64,000 nucleotides of DNA, taken from Candidatus Poribacteria bacterium. Its GTDB lineage: Bacteria > Poribacteria > WGA-4E > WGA-3G. Location: assembly GCA_003635195.1 (NCBI GenBank), contig PYIY01000190.1, forward strand, positions 8,919 to 72,918, given 5' to 3'. Below, in pieces: positions 38,688 to 48,476 of the stretch. Under the pieces are notes generated by a model. The model saw nothing but the letters and a program-made list of their open reading frames with translations. It was not told where the DNA came from and did no database searches. A program made the translations under genes and the position numbers. Within the stretch, counting starts at the first letter, position 1. Each line of letters begins with the position of its first letter.

Positions 38688-41024
38688 ATGAACACACAAA
38701 ACGAACCGAACCCACAAAAACCGACACTCAGCGGTGCAACAATCCTCGCAATCCTCAGCGTCGTACTCGCTGCCGTATGGATCGCTTTTGCTTACTACAA
38801 AGGCAACAATTCCAACGGTAGTCGAACGATGCTACTCCATCCGGTAGTTCCGATACTGCTGATTGTATTGCTCACGCGTATTTACCGCTGGGTTGATATA
38901 AGAAGCATCGTTATACTGGAAATAATCATGATAAGCGTCTGGATTTTTATACGCTTGTTGGGTGTACTGATGCCTTTCATTTTGGGGTTCGGTTTCGCTT
39001 ACGTCTTCAGGTTCCTCTGGAACGCGCTCCCGTTTAAAAAACAATACCAACGCGGCATCGCAACCACCGTGATTGTGCTCGTCTGTGGTGGTGTGCTTTT
39101 CTATACCGGCAAACAGGTGAGTAGACAAGCCCGCCAGATGGGTGTCGGATTGCTGAAGTTTTACCACGAAACTATTTTGCCTTATGCTATCGGCGAGACC
39201 TTTCAGACAATCGCTATCAGTGTTAATTCGCGGAGTAATGGAGGCGAGGTTATCGAAGGCAACAAGGAGGCCCCTCCCGGAGAAACGTTCTATCTCGGCA
39301 CGAACCACGGAATCTATGAAATGCGACCGGATGATAAAGGGAAACCCTCCCCTGTCGGTATTACCAATGGTGCCCTCCTCGGCAAATCTATACAAGCACT
39401 CACGGCGAATAAAAACATTATCTACGCTGGCACGCAAAGTGGTTTATATCGCTACTATAAGACACCGTCCGCTGATGAAGAAAACGACGAAAGTCCAACG
39501 CAGGTATGGCACAAAGTGGAAGACACCCCGTTTGATACGCTTTCCATCCAAGCTGTCAACGTTCCACACTGGGATGATGCACAGATTTATGTCGGCACAC
39601 AAAAAGGGCTTTACGCCAGTAACAACACAGGCGAAACATGGAACTCGGTCGCGCCTAACATTTATAGTGAAAGATCCGTTGTTGGTATCATTTCTACTAC
39701 AGATGGAAATGGCGATCGCGTAACTTATGTCGCCAGTACAGCACAGATTGACCCAGAAATCGCCTTAGAACAAAAGGAAATCGAAACTACAGTCGCGGAA
39801 ACTGACATGATGCCTTCAGCAGAACAGCCTGAACAGACAGATACCGCGCCTATTGTACAGGAAACCGCTTTACAACAACCCAACGCCTCACCTATAAACA
39901 CAACGGTGCATTGGTATCTCGAAGGCTCTTCTCTCGGATGGGAAGAACACTCTTCAATACCACAAGTGGTTTATACACTTGCAGGTGGAGATGGAGCGAC
40001 AGGGGACACAAATGAAACCTCACAAGCCTCCGATATCGAATTATATGCCAGCACATCCGATGGACTCTATGAATTGTATCGTCTTCGCGATCCGCAAAAA
40101 ACGGAAAGGACACCTGTAATTTCCGGGACATCAGCAACCCCACTGTTAGCCTCTGCACCTTCCGGAGTATACGTTGGTAACAATACTGCTATCTGGTATC
40201 GCACCTCTTCCACTGCCAGATGGCGACACTTTAGGACATACAGGGAAGGCATCAGCCACGCCTATGAGGACCAACCTATCGTTGAACAGGCAAAATCGTA
40301 TTTGACCGAAAGAATACCGACAATTGCGCAAACCGGTGGCGAGGCTGTCAGAGAGATATTTCAGTTCACAAGTTCCATCGCTTTTGGCTTTGGCGGTTTT
40401 TTAGCGACAGCATCGCTCGCACTCATCGTGTTCGTGTACGCGAACCAATCGTTCGATAACTATTTCAGGAGTTTCCTCACGCTCGTGCCTGAAACGCATC
40501 GTGACGCTGCCAAAGCATATCTGCGTGAAATTGACAAGAATCTACAAGAGTTTCTAAGAGGACTTGTCACAGTCATCACAATTGTCTCCATAATTTCCTC
40601 CATAGCTTACAGTATCATAGGTGTTCCGTTCGCTTTAGTTATCGGTATACTCGCAGGGATCTGTAACGCTATACCGACCTTCGGTCCCTTTATCGGTGGG
40701 GCTTTCGCGTTTGTAGCGATGTTGATGGGCTTGGCAGCTGGAGATTTCGGGGAGATCGATTTCCTCATTCGCTGCGCATTTGTATTAGGGGCCATCCTCG
40801 GTATTCAGGCAATTGACAATTCCCTTATTTCCCCAAAAATCATGAGCGATGCCATTGATGTAGACCCGTTGTTGATTATGTTCGCCGTAATTGTCGGGGC
40901 AGCTGTACTCGGTTTTTGGGGAGTATTGCTTGCAATTCCTACTATTGTTGTGATAAAATCGGTTATTGCCGTTTCCGCTGACAGAATAATGGAGGGGGAC
41001 TCGAACGCGAAAACTGTCGAGTAA
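38688..41024 (+). CDS. AI-2E (PerM/UPF0118) family transporter with ~370-aa inserted non-membrane domain
   Basis: The C-terminal half (ICNAIPTFGPFIGG, NSLISPKIM, GFWGVLLAIP) is AI-2E-like. The insert has repeated G(T)xxGLY motifs (GTNHGIYE, GTQSGLYRY, GTQKGLYAS, TSDGLYEL) suggesting a beta-propeller. Confidence 0.7.
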   Translation: MNTQNEPNPQKPTLSGATILAILSVVLAAVWIAFAYYKGNNSNGSRTMLLHPVVPILLIVLLTRIYRWVDIRSIVILEIIMISVWIFIRLLGVLMPFILGFGFAYVFRFLWNALPFKKQYQRGIATTVIVLVCGGVLFYTGKQVSRQARQMGVGLLKFYHETILPYAIGETFQTIAISVNSRSNGGEVIEGNKEAPPGETFYLGTNHGIYEMRPDDKGKPSPVGITNGALLGKSIQALTANKNIIYAGTQSGLYRYYKTPSADEENDESPTQVWHKVEDTPFDTLSIQAVNVPHWDDAQIYVGTQKGLYASNNTGETWNSVAPNIYSERSVVGIISTTDGNGDRVTYVASTAQIDPEIALEQKEIETTVAETDMMPSAEQPEQTDTAPIVQETALQQPNASPINTTVHWYLEGSSLGWEEHSSIPQVVYTLAGGDGATGDTNETSQASDIELYASTSDGLYELYRLRDPQKTERTPVISGTSATPLLASAPSGVYVGNNTAIWYRTSSTARWRHFRTYREGISHAYEDQPIVEQAKSYLTERIPTIAQTGGEAVREIFQFTSSIAFGFGGFLATASLALIVFVYANQSFDNYFRSFLTLVPETHRDAAKAYLREIDKNLQEFLRGLVTVITIVSIISSIAYSIIGVPFALVIGILAGICNAIPTFGPFIGGAFAFVAMLMGLAAGDFGEIDFLIRCAFVLGAILGIQAIDNSLISPKIMSDAIDVDPLLIMFAVIVGAAVLGFWGVLLAIPTIVVIKSVIAVSADRIMEGDSNAKTVE

Positions 41025-41061
41025 CCAACAGTGGAACTTATTCGCAAGGAAATACAAAAAA

Positions 41062-42471
41062 ATGGAAACCAGACTCCCCATTGTTGCCATTGTCGGCAGA
41101 CCCAACGTCGGAAAATCATCGCTTTTCAACAGAATCACTGCATCCGCACCTATAACTGTGCCTTACACATACGATGATGTTGAAACTGAAACGAGCGATG
41201 AACCGCGCGAGATAAAAAGAAAGAGAACGCCGCGTAAATTCGCTGTCGTCCATGACACACCCGGTGTAACTCGCGATAGGAATTACGCAGACGTGGAATG
41301 GGCAGACCGCGCCTTTACCATCGTTGATACCGGCGGATTGGACATCGATCCGGACGACAGGCTCATCGATAACGTACAAGCACAAGTAGATGCCGCTTTG
41401 GATGAAGCAAGCCTTGTGCTGTTCGTCGTTGACGCACGCACCGGTATCATGCCACATGATATGAGCGTTGCCGATAAACTCAGAGCCACCGATAAACCGA
41501 TCTTTCTCGTCGTTAACAAGGTGGATACTGAGCGGTTCCGCAATGAAGCTGCCGAGTTCTACGCGCTTGGATTTCCAGAAACGATGTGGACATCGTGCGT
41601 CCAAAACGACGGGATCCGAGAACTCCTTGACAATGTCGTGGACAACCTACCGGAGACCAACGAAACACTACACAATACATCTGGCACCATAAAGATCGCG
41701 ATTGTCGGCAGACCTAACGTCGGAAAATCCTCGATTATTAACAACCTATTGGGTGAAGAGCGAATGATCGTTGATGACCGACCCGGCACGACGCGCGATG
41801 CCGTCAATATACAAATCGTTCACGACAATATCCCTTTTGAGATCGTTGATACAGCTGGAATGCGACGTAAATCAGCAATCAACGACGAACTCGAATCCGC
41901 AACTGTTAAACGCGCCATACACAGCATCCGCCAAAGCGATATTGCCGTCCTTGTCTTGGATGTAACCAAGGAGGTAGCGCAACAAGATAAGACGATTGCC
42001 AAATTCATTCAACGACAAGGCAAAGCCTCCGTTTTAGTCATGAATAAATGGGACCTGATTGAAAAGGATAACGCAACACATCCGGCATTTATGGATAAAC
42101 TTGACGCGCAAGTTCCACAGCTCGATTATGTGCCACGTGTCTTCGTCTCTGCTGTTACGGGGCAACGCGTTACCCAAATATTAGCGACAGCCTTAGAAGT
42201 TCATCGAGAGTATTGCACACATATACCGACACCGGCACTCAACGAATTGCTGCTGGAATTACGCAACGCCCATCCACCGCCACGCGTCAAAGGGGTGCGT
42301 CCCGCGCTCAAATACATTACGCAGGTTGAGACAAAACCACCGACCTTCCTTATCTTTGGACGAAACGTAAACCGAGTCGGTCAACCGTATGAGTCATACC
42401 TCATCAACAATATTCGCAGCGAATTCGGATTCCACGGTACACCGATACGTATCTTTTACCGTAGATCATAA
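41062..42471 (+). CDS. der: ribosome-associated GTPase Der (EngA), with ~35-aa insert after the first P-loop
   Basis: Two G domains (GRPNVGKSS twice, DTGG/DTAG, NKVD/NKWD) plus a KH-like C-terminus. Confidence 0.9.
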   Translation: METRLPIVAIVGRPNVGKSSLFNRITASAPITVPYTYDDVETETSDEPREIKRKRTPRKFAVVHDTPGVTRDRNYADVEWADRAFTIVDTGGLDIDPDDRLIDNVQAQVDAALDEASLVLFVVDARTGIMPHDMSVADKLRATDKPIFLVVNKVDTERFRNEAAEFYALGFPETMWTSCVQNDGIRELLDNVVDNLPETNETLHNTSGTIKIAIVGRPNVGKSSIINNLLGEERMIVDDRPGTTRDAVNIQIVHDNIPFEIVDTAGMRRKSAINDELESATVKRAIHSIRQSDIAVLVLDVTKEVAQQDKTIAKFIQRQGKASVLVMNKWDLIEKDNATHPAFMDKLDAQVPQLDYVPRVFVSAVTGQRVTQILATALEVHREYCTHIPTPALNELLLELRNAHPPPRVKGVRPALKYITQVETKPPTFLIFGRNVNRVGQPYESYLINNIRSEFGFHGTPIRIFYRRS

Positions 42472-42491
42472 CCCGCAAAAGGAGGAACGCT

Positions 42492-43463
42492 TTGTCCCGA
42501 TTTAAAGTCTTTATCACACGCCCGATTCCGGAAGAAATTCGTGCGAAAATCGCAGAAGAATGTGATGTTGATATGTGGCATACAAGTGCTATCTTACCAC
42601 CTATCGCCGAAAAAATTCCGCCACTGGACGGGTTAATGACTTATGGACACGAACCTGTCTCCCCGGAGATGATAGCGACTGCGCCAAACCTCAAAGCAAT
42701 CTCCGTTGTAGGGGTCGGTTATGATCATGTCCATGTCGAGGCTTGCAGAGAACGCGGCATTGCAGTCGGACACACACCGGGAGTCCTCAGCGACACCACC
42801 GCTGATATGACAATGGCACTCCTGCTCGCCGCCGCACGAAACATCGTGCCAGCGTATAATCACGTCCAAGTGTCTAAAGAGTGGAAGTATTACGACCCGA
42901 ATATCCTTTGGGGTACTGATGTCCATCACGCCACGTTAGGGATCGTGGGCATGGGCAGAATTGGCTATGCTGTCGCCAAGCGCGCAAAGGCATTTGACAT
43001 GCGCGTGCTTTACTACAAACGCGAACGTCGACCCGACTGGGAGCAGGAACTCGGCGTAGCGTACGTCCCTTTTGAAGACCTCCTGCAAGCCTCCGATTTC
43101 GTGTCGCTCCACGTGCCCCTAACCGACGAGACAACACACCTCATCGGCAAAGCAGAACTTGATATGATGAAAAATACCGCTATTTTAGTCAACATCGCGA
43201 GAGGTCCCGTCGTTGACCACTACGCCCTATATGATGCGCTCAAACAAGGGCAGATTGCCGGTGCTGCTGTTGACGTAACCGAACCGGAACCGATCAATAC
43301 GGATCACCCGCTCCTCGGTTTAGACAATGTCCTCATCGCACCACACCTCGGCAGTGCTACTGTCCAAACGCGGATGAAAATGGCAACTATGGCGATGGAA
43401 AATTTGCTCGCGGGGTTAAAGGGAGAACAGTTACCTTACGGTGTGCTTCAGCCAGACTTTTAA
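42492..43463 (+). CDS. D-isomer-specific 2-hydroxyacid dehydrogenase (glyoxylate/hydroxypyruvate reductase-like)
   Basis: GIVGMGRIGYAVAKR NAD motif, NIARGPVVD, and PHLGSAT with the catalytic His. TTG start preceded by AAGGAGGA. Confidence 0.85.
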   Translation: MSRFKVFITRPIPEEIRAKIAEECDVDMWHTSAILPPIAEKIPPLDGLMTYGHEPVSPEMIATAPNLKAISVVGVGYDHVHVEACRERGIAVGHTPGVLSDTTADMTMALLLAAARNIVPAYNHVQVSKEWKYYDPNILWGTDVHHATLGIVGMGRIGYAVAKRAKAFDMRVLYYKRERRPDWEQELGVAYVPFEDLLQASDFVSLHVPLTDETTHLIGKAELDMMKNTAILVNIARGPVVDHYALYDALKQGQIAGAAVDVTEPEPINTDHPLLGLDNVLIAPHLGSATVQTRMKMATMAMENLLAGLKGEQLPYGVLQPDF

Positions 43464-43514
43464 TAGTCGTCAGCAGTCAGCAAGAATGGCAATCAGAGGT
43501 TTCTGATGAACATA

Positions 43515-43540
43515 GGGGAAACACCCAAGCAAAAACACAC
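43515..43540 (-). repeat. reverse-oriented copy of GTGTTTTTGCTTGGGTGTTTCCCC module
   Basis: ggggaaacacccaagcaaaaacacac is the reverse complement of the module at 10921. Confidence 0.6.
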
Positions 43541-43587
43541 CTCTTTGCTGACCGCCGAAAGCCGAAAGCCACAATAAAGGAGGAAAG

Positions 43588-44895
43588 ATGCTAGAAAAAC
43601 TATTTGAAATAAAACAGCACAACACCTCTGTGAGACGTGAATTGGTCGCGGGTTTGACGAATTTTATGACCATTTCGTATATTATCTTCGTGCAACCCAG
43701 TTTTCTTTCAGCCGCTGGTATGAATCCTGGGGCTGTCATGGTCGCGACCTGCGTATCGAGTGCAATCGCAACATTCGCCATGGCATTTCTAACGAACTAC
43801 CCTGTCGTCTTAGCACCCGGCATGGGGCTTAACGCCTATTTTGCATTTGAGATTTGCGGCAGTTCAGGCTTACCGTGGCAGGAAGCCTTAGGCATCGTTT
43901 TCATAGCAGGTCTGCTGTTCCTTATACTCTCATTTGTAGGGATACGTGAAGCCATTATGAATGCCCTTCCGACTTCGCTCCAAAACGCGATTGCCATCGG
44001 AATCGGGCTGTTCATCGCCTTTATTGGGCTACAGATGAGTGGGATTATAACAAAAGATCCCGCCACATTTATTACGCGTGGAGAACTTGACTCCAAACAC
44101 ATTCTCCTTTCGCTCTTTGGGATCGCCGTAATACTCGGACTTATAGCCCGCAAGGTGAAAGGCGCGATTCTGTTTGGTATTCTTATTGCAGCCGCTGCTA
44201 ACCTTATTTTCGGATTCGTTAGCTACGAAGGAATTGCTGCATTGCCACCGGATCCAACGCCAACACTCTTTAAATTACGGTTCCCCAACATCTTCGCAAA
44301 ACTCGAACTTATTCCGGTTCTCTTTGTGTTCTTCGCGATTGATATGTTTGACAGCATCGGCACGCTCACGGCTATCGGTTATAGAGCGCAACTCATGGAG
44401 GAGGGAAAACTCGCAAAAGCCCGACGTGCACTTATGGTAGATGCAGCCAGTACCGTCGGTGGTGCCTGCCTCGGCACCTCGACCGTGACATGTTACATCG
44501 AAAGTGCAACAGGTATTGCCGAAGGTGGACGCACCGGTCTTACCGCTGTTTTCACAGGGATTTTCATGTTGCTTGCCCTCTTTTTCATCCCGCTCATTAA
44601 AGTTATCGGCGGCGGCTATCCCATCAATCCCATTATCGCACCAGCACTTATTGTTGTCGGTGGGCTGATGCTCAGAAACATCACCCAGATCGATTGGGAA
44701 GACATCACAGAGTCGATCCCTGCGTTCCTCACAATGTTGATGATGCCACTCTCTTTCAGCATCACAGACGGCATCGGTTTCGGGATTATCTCGTTAGCGT
44801 TCCTCAAGTTGGTAACCGGACGTAGCAAAGAAATCCATCCGATCATATACTACTTCGCACTCTTCTTCGTCGCCTGCTACATCGGCGGTCTGTAG
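43588..44895 (+). CDS. NCS2/AzgA-family purine (adenine/guanine/hypoxanthine) permease
   Basis: The N-terminus FEIKQHNTSVRRELVAGLTNFMTISYIIFVQP is typical of PbuG/AzgA-type permeases. About 12 TM helices. Confidence 0.85.
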   Translation: MLEKLFEIKQHNTSVRRELVAGLTNFMTISYIIFVQPSFLSAAGMNPGAVMVATCVSSAIATFAMAFLTNYPVVLAPGMGLNAYFAFEICGSSGLPWQEALGIVFIAGLLFLILSFVGIREAIMNALPTSLQNAIAIGIGLFIAFIGLQMSGIITKDPATFITRGELDSKHILLSLFGIAVILGLIARKVKGAILFGILIAAAANLIFGFVSYEGIAALPPDPTPTLFKLRFPNIFAKLELIPVLFVFFAIDMFDSIGTLTAIGYRAQLMEEGKLAKARRALMVDAASTVGGACLGTSTVTCYIESATGIAEGGRTGLTAVFTGIFMLLALFFIPLIKVIGGGYPINPIIAPALIVVGGLMLRNITQIDWEDITESIPAFLTMLMMPLSFSITDGIGFGIISLAFLKLVTGRSKEIHPIIYYFALFFVACYIGGL

Positions 44896-44981
44896 AAGCA
44901 ATGCGCAATCACCATCCGCCGTTGGCGGGGTTTCAAACCCCGCCTTTGGCTGGTGGGTACGGTTTTACCGTGTACTCACCT

Positions 44982-45150
44982 GCCCCCTTGATAAAGGGAG
45001 ATAAAGGGGTGTTTTTGCTTGGGTGTTTTTGCTTGGGTGTTTCTGCGTATTCTGCGTATTGCTTGGTGTCTTTGATGGGGGTGTTTTTGCTTGGGTGTTT
45101 CTGCGTATTCTGCGTATTGCTTGGGTGTTTCTGCGTATTTCTGCGTATTT
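44982..45150 (+). repeat. composite repeat array (hairpin + GTGTTTTTGCTTGG / GTGTTTCTGCGTATTCTGCGTATTGCTTGG / CTGCGTATTT units); left inverted repeat of the island
   Basis: 45006-45066 is a perfect 61-nt reverse complement of 49067-49127. The unit order is partly permuted between the two arrays. Confidence 0.85.
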
Positions 45151-45461
45151 CTTGCGATCTGCATTCGCAACCGCACCAGACTACAGCAGCCTTCAAAATC
45201 CTGATTCAGACAGTGTAAATCTAAGTCCTCTTCCTATCTATAAAATTTCATAGCAACTTTCACAGCATCCACTATTAAAAACCGATCAAAACCCAGGCAC
45301 TGTATAGGTTTACAAATGATTTTACAACCTACCGCTTTTTGGATTTTGCTATGAAAACTGTGAAACGCTCGCCACTTCCTTTCTCGAATTTTTGTGCAAT
45401 ACAGTTGTATGCCTCCCCAACTTCTGCTAAAATAGTAAACAAAAGGAGTGCTAAACAGTCT

Positions 45462-45668
45462 ATGAAAACCACACAATCAAAAAACACAACCAACAAAAAA
45501 TCGAAACAACGCCTCACTTTCCCGGTCTACGATGAAGAGGACATCCTTAACTGGGATGCTGCTATAGTCACCCCTCCACCGCGTCCATCCGGCACAATAC
45601 GGGTTAGATTAATATACAAGGGACGCAGTAAACCAATGCCAGTTGGAAATTTTTGGGAAGAGGAATAG
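45462..45668 (+). CDS. hypothetical small basic protein (68 aa)
   Basis: ATG at 45462 preceded by AAAGGAG. MKTTQSKNTTNKKSKQRLTFPVYDEEDILNWD... The first ORF inside the island ends 24 nt before the next start. Confidence 0.4.
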   Translation: MKTTQSKNTTNKKSKQRLTFPVYDEEDILNWDAAIVTPPPRPSGTIRVRLIYKGRSKPMPVGNFWEEE

Positions 45669-45691
45669 GCATTTGGATCTTATCAAAAAAT

Positions 45692-47074
45692 ATGGAAACC
45701 ATTGATCCCAAACAGCGCATCGCGCAAGGCGAAAATACCATAACCGAGTTCAAAGAGAACTTCGATCAGGAAGTAATTGAGACCGCTGCTGCGTTTGCTA
45801 ATACCGATGGCGGCACGATTCTTATTGGCGTGTCTGACAAGCAAGAAATCAGAGGTATCACCATCGGCAAAGAGACACTAAGAGACGTGTCAAACAGGAT
45901 TTCGCAAGCGACTGAGCCGCGGGTGGTTCTGGAAATTGAATCAGTTGATATAGAAGAAAAATCAGTGTTGTTAATACATATCGCAGAATCTTCCATAAAA
46001 TCCGTCTCAGTTAAAGGCAGATGCTATAAGCGGGTGGGCAATAGCAACCGCGTCATGTCCCCACAAGAGATTTCCCAGATGCACCTCAACGCCACTGGAC
46101 AAACTTGGGATCAATTCTCAGTGACACGTGCTGGAATTGATGATATAGATGAGAAAAAAGTCGGATGGTATCTGACCCGTCGAGAAACAATCCGGAATGT
46201 GTCTAAACCGCAAGATATGAACATGGCAGCGTTTTTGAAGAACATCAATGGTATCAGCGATGATGGAACACCAACCCACGCGGGTCTTCTTTTCTTCAGT
46301 AAGCACCCCCAACGGAGATTCTTCTACAATGCACAATTACGAGTTGTCAGATTCAAAGGCACATCTGTCACCCATCCGGTCATTGATCGGCTTGATTGCG
46401 ACGAGACGCTCTGGGAAAACGTCGATACCGCCGAGGAATTTATAAGAAAAAACATCCGCCTTCTCAGTTTTCGGACCTCAAAGAGTTTCCAACGAGACGA
46501 TAAGTTTGAGTATCCGCTGAAGGCACTGCGAGAGGCGATTATCAACGCCTTGATTCACCGCAACTATCAAGAAACTGCGGATGTCCGAGTTTTTATATTT
46601 GATAACCGTTTTGAGGTTATTAGTCCCGGCACTTTTCCAGAAGGCGTTAGTCCAAACGAACCGACTCACAAACCGGTAAACCCTACTTTGAGTCAATTCA
46701 TGTTTGATGTCGGTTTCATTGAACGGTACGGTGCCGGCATCAGGATGATGCGCAGATTATGTGAGGAGTGGGGAAACAAAGCCCCGCGTTATGAATTTCA
46801 CCCGCTTGAGACCAAAATCATCTTTGATTCCCCAATTCAAGAGAGCACTTATGTTGAAATTAACGACATTTCAGAGCAGTTGAACGAGCGTCAAAAGAAC
46901 GCTTTTTTCTATGTGCAAAGACACGGACAAATTGCGACAAAGGAATATGTAGCGATCAACAATATCTCGCGCAAGATTGCCTATCAGGAACTAAAGGATA
47001 TGACAGATAAAGGGTTATTGTCCACGACAGGAAAAGGAAGAGGAAGCCGATACGTCCGAAAAGTAAGCGATTAG
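45692..47074 (+). CDS. Schlafen/AlbA_2 domain + HATPase_c_4-like + C-terminal wHTH protein (COG2865-type putative regulator)
   Basis: GENTITEFKENF...AAFANTDGGTILIGV is AlbA_2. ALREAIINALIHRNY...VISPG...ERYGAGI is HATPase_c_4-like. C-terminal HTH NERQKNAFFYVQRHGQIATKEY. Confidence 0.75.
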   Translation: METIDPKQRIAQGENTITEFKENFDQEVIETAAAFANTDGGTILIGVSDKQEIRGITIGKETLRDVSNRISQATEPRVVLEIESVDIEEKSVLLIHIAESSIKSVSVKGRCYKRVGNSNRVMSPQEISQMHLNATGQTWDQFSVTRAGIDDIDEKKVGWYLTRRETIRNVSKPQDMNMAAFLKNINGISDDGTPTHAGLLFFSKHPQRRFFYNAQLRVVRFKGTSVTHPVIDRLDCDETLWENVDTAEEFIRKNIRLLSFRTSKSFQRDDKFEYPLKALREAIINALIHRNYQETADVRVFIFDNRFEVISPGTFPEGVSPNEPTHKPVNPTLSQFMFDVGFIERYGAGIRMMRRLCEEWGNKAPRYEFHPLETKIIFDSPIQESTYVEINDISEQLNERQKNAFFYVQRHGQIATKEYVAINNISRKIAYQELKDMTDKGLLSTTGKGRGSRYVRKVSD

Positions 47075-47110
47075 GTAAGCGATTAGGTAAGCGATTAAGT
47101 GAACGATTAG
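47063..47110 (+). repeat. four tandem 12-nt repeats (GTAAGCGATTAG)
   Basis: gtaagcgattag gtaagcgattag gtaagcgattaa gtgaacgattag spans the stop codon of 45692..47074 and ends 3 nt before the AAGGAG RBS of the 47130 gene. Confidence 0.85.
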
Positions 47111-47129
47111 CGCAAGGAGTAACACCCAC

Positions 47130-48476
47130 ATGCCAAGGGGAAAAGGCGAAGGCATCACCAAAATAGCCGTGAAAGGTTTCAAGTCGATAGCGGAGGAACG
47201 CGCAATTGACATCCATCCGCTGACGCTCCTTGCTGGCGCGAACAGTTCTGGGAAATCCAGCATCATGGAACCACTCTTGCTGCTAAAACAGACGCTGGAG
47301 GCACCGTATGATCCAGGACCGCTGTTGATTGATGGACCAAACGTTCAATTTACTGAGGCAGCACAATTTTTGTCCACATTACCCGACGGGAAAAGAGCAG
47401 ATCGCTTTCAACTTCAAATTGAAAGTCGGGAACATGGCTATTTTGACTCAGTCCAGACAATTTTCAAAAAAGGAGACAGGGGCATTGAAATTGTCAAAAT
47501 GACTGCAGAAAAAAGATCCGCTTTCAATCCTCCATTATTTTCCCCTGAACGTGCTACCTTATCACCCGATATGCCAAATGTGAGGCGTTCCAAATGCATC
47601 TTAGAATCATTACCTGACGACTATCGCTCTAAAGGCTCACACATTCCGACTATAATGACAGATCACCTTAACAGAGAAATTACCAAAAGTATTCATCTTC
47701 CCGGCTTACGAGGCAACCCGGAACGCAGTTACAAGTTGACAGGAACTGGTTCTCGGTATCCCGGCACGTTTGAAAATTACGTTGCGACTCTCATTCACGA
47801 GTGGCAGGAAAGAACAGATAAACCCTTGGAAACATTAGGTAACCCTTTTGATAGGCATAAACTGGGAGAAGAATTTCAAAATTATCAAAATTATAGTAAC
47901 CCTGCTGCTGTTCTCGCCGAAGTTCTTAATATACTTAGTCTGACAGGACACGTCAGGGCTAAAAAAATTGGTGACACCCGCATTGAGCTTCAAGTCGGTC
48001 GTCTTCTTCACCATCGAAACAATGAAACAGATATGGTCAACATCACCGATGTAGGGCTTGGTGTGTCTCAAGTTTTGCCTGTTTTAGTTGCCCTGATTGT
48101 TGCACGCCCGTCACAATTGGTCTATCTTGAGCAGCCCGAGCTGCACCTCCATCCCCGCGCCCAAGTTGCATTGGCACAAGTCATAGCAGACGCGGCAAAA
48201 CGGGGGGTACGTGTTGTTGCCGAAACCCACAGTTCACTGCTACTCTTGGGAATCCAAACACTTGTTGCAGAAGGAGACCTCTCACCGGAATTGGTGAAGC
48301 TGCACTGGTTCACACGCCGTGAAGATGGGGTAACTGAAGTTGCCAGTGCTGACTTAGATGAGGCAGGAGCTTACGGAGAGTGGCCCGAAGATTTTGATGA
48401 TGTAGACCTCAAAACACACAGTCGTTATCTCAATGCTGTAGATAGGCTTCGATTTGGCAAAGAGGAGGCATCTTGA
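47130..48476 (+). CDS. ABC-type (AAA_15/AAA_21-like, OLD/RecF-like) ATPase
   Basis: Walker A GANSSGKS (47232-47255), Walker B QLVYLEQPELHLHP (48114-48155), H-loop VVAETHSSLLL. The C-terminal WFTRREDG...GEWPEDF tail resembles DUF3696-type ATPases. Confidence 0.8.
   Translation: MPRGKGEGITKIAVKGFKSIAEERAIDIHPLTLLAGANSSGKSSIMEPLLLLKQTLEAPYDPGPLLIDGPNVQFTEAAQFLSTLPDGKRADRFQLQIESREHGYFDSVQTIFKKGDRGIEIVKMTAEKRSAFNPPLFSPERATLSPDMPNVRRSKCILESLPDDYRSKGSHIPTIMTDHLNREITKSIHLPGLRGNPERSYKLTGTGSRYPGTFENYVATLIHEWQERTDKPLETLGNPFDRHKLGEEFQNYQNYSNPAAVLAEVLNILSLTGHVRAKKIGDTRIELQVGRLLHHRNNETDMVNITDVGLGVSQVLPVLVALIVARPSQLVYLEQPELHLHPRAQVALAQVIADAAKRGVRVVAETHSSLLLLGIQTLVAEGDLSPELVKLHWFTRREDGVTEVASADLDEAGAYGEWPEDFDDVDLKTHSRYLNAVDRLRFGKEEAS

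Noticed and set aside
44982-45150. Possible CRISPR array, because of the closely spaced repeats.
   Set aside because: The units are 10-30 nt, directly abutting or permuted, with no unique spacers of regular length. No cas genes are in the window, and the same modules occur singly elsewhere.
44901-45253. Track ORFs 44901..45218 (+), 44933..45196 (-), 44976..45176 (-) and 45023..45253 (+), encoding GVFLLGCFC... and similar peptides.
   Set aside because: They are translations of the tandem and inverted repeat array, open in several frames and on both strands because the sequence is low in complexity. They have no RBS and no protein-like composition. The same applies to 48680..49114 and 48951..49142 on the right array, and to 10764..11018.
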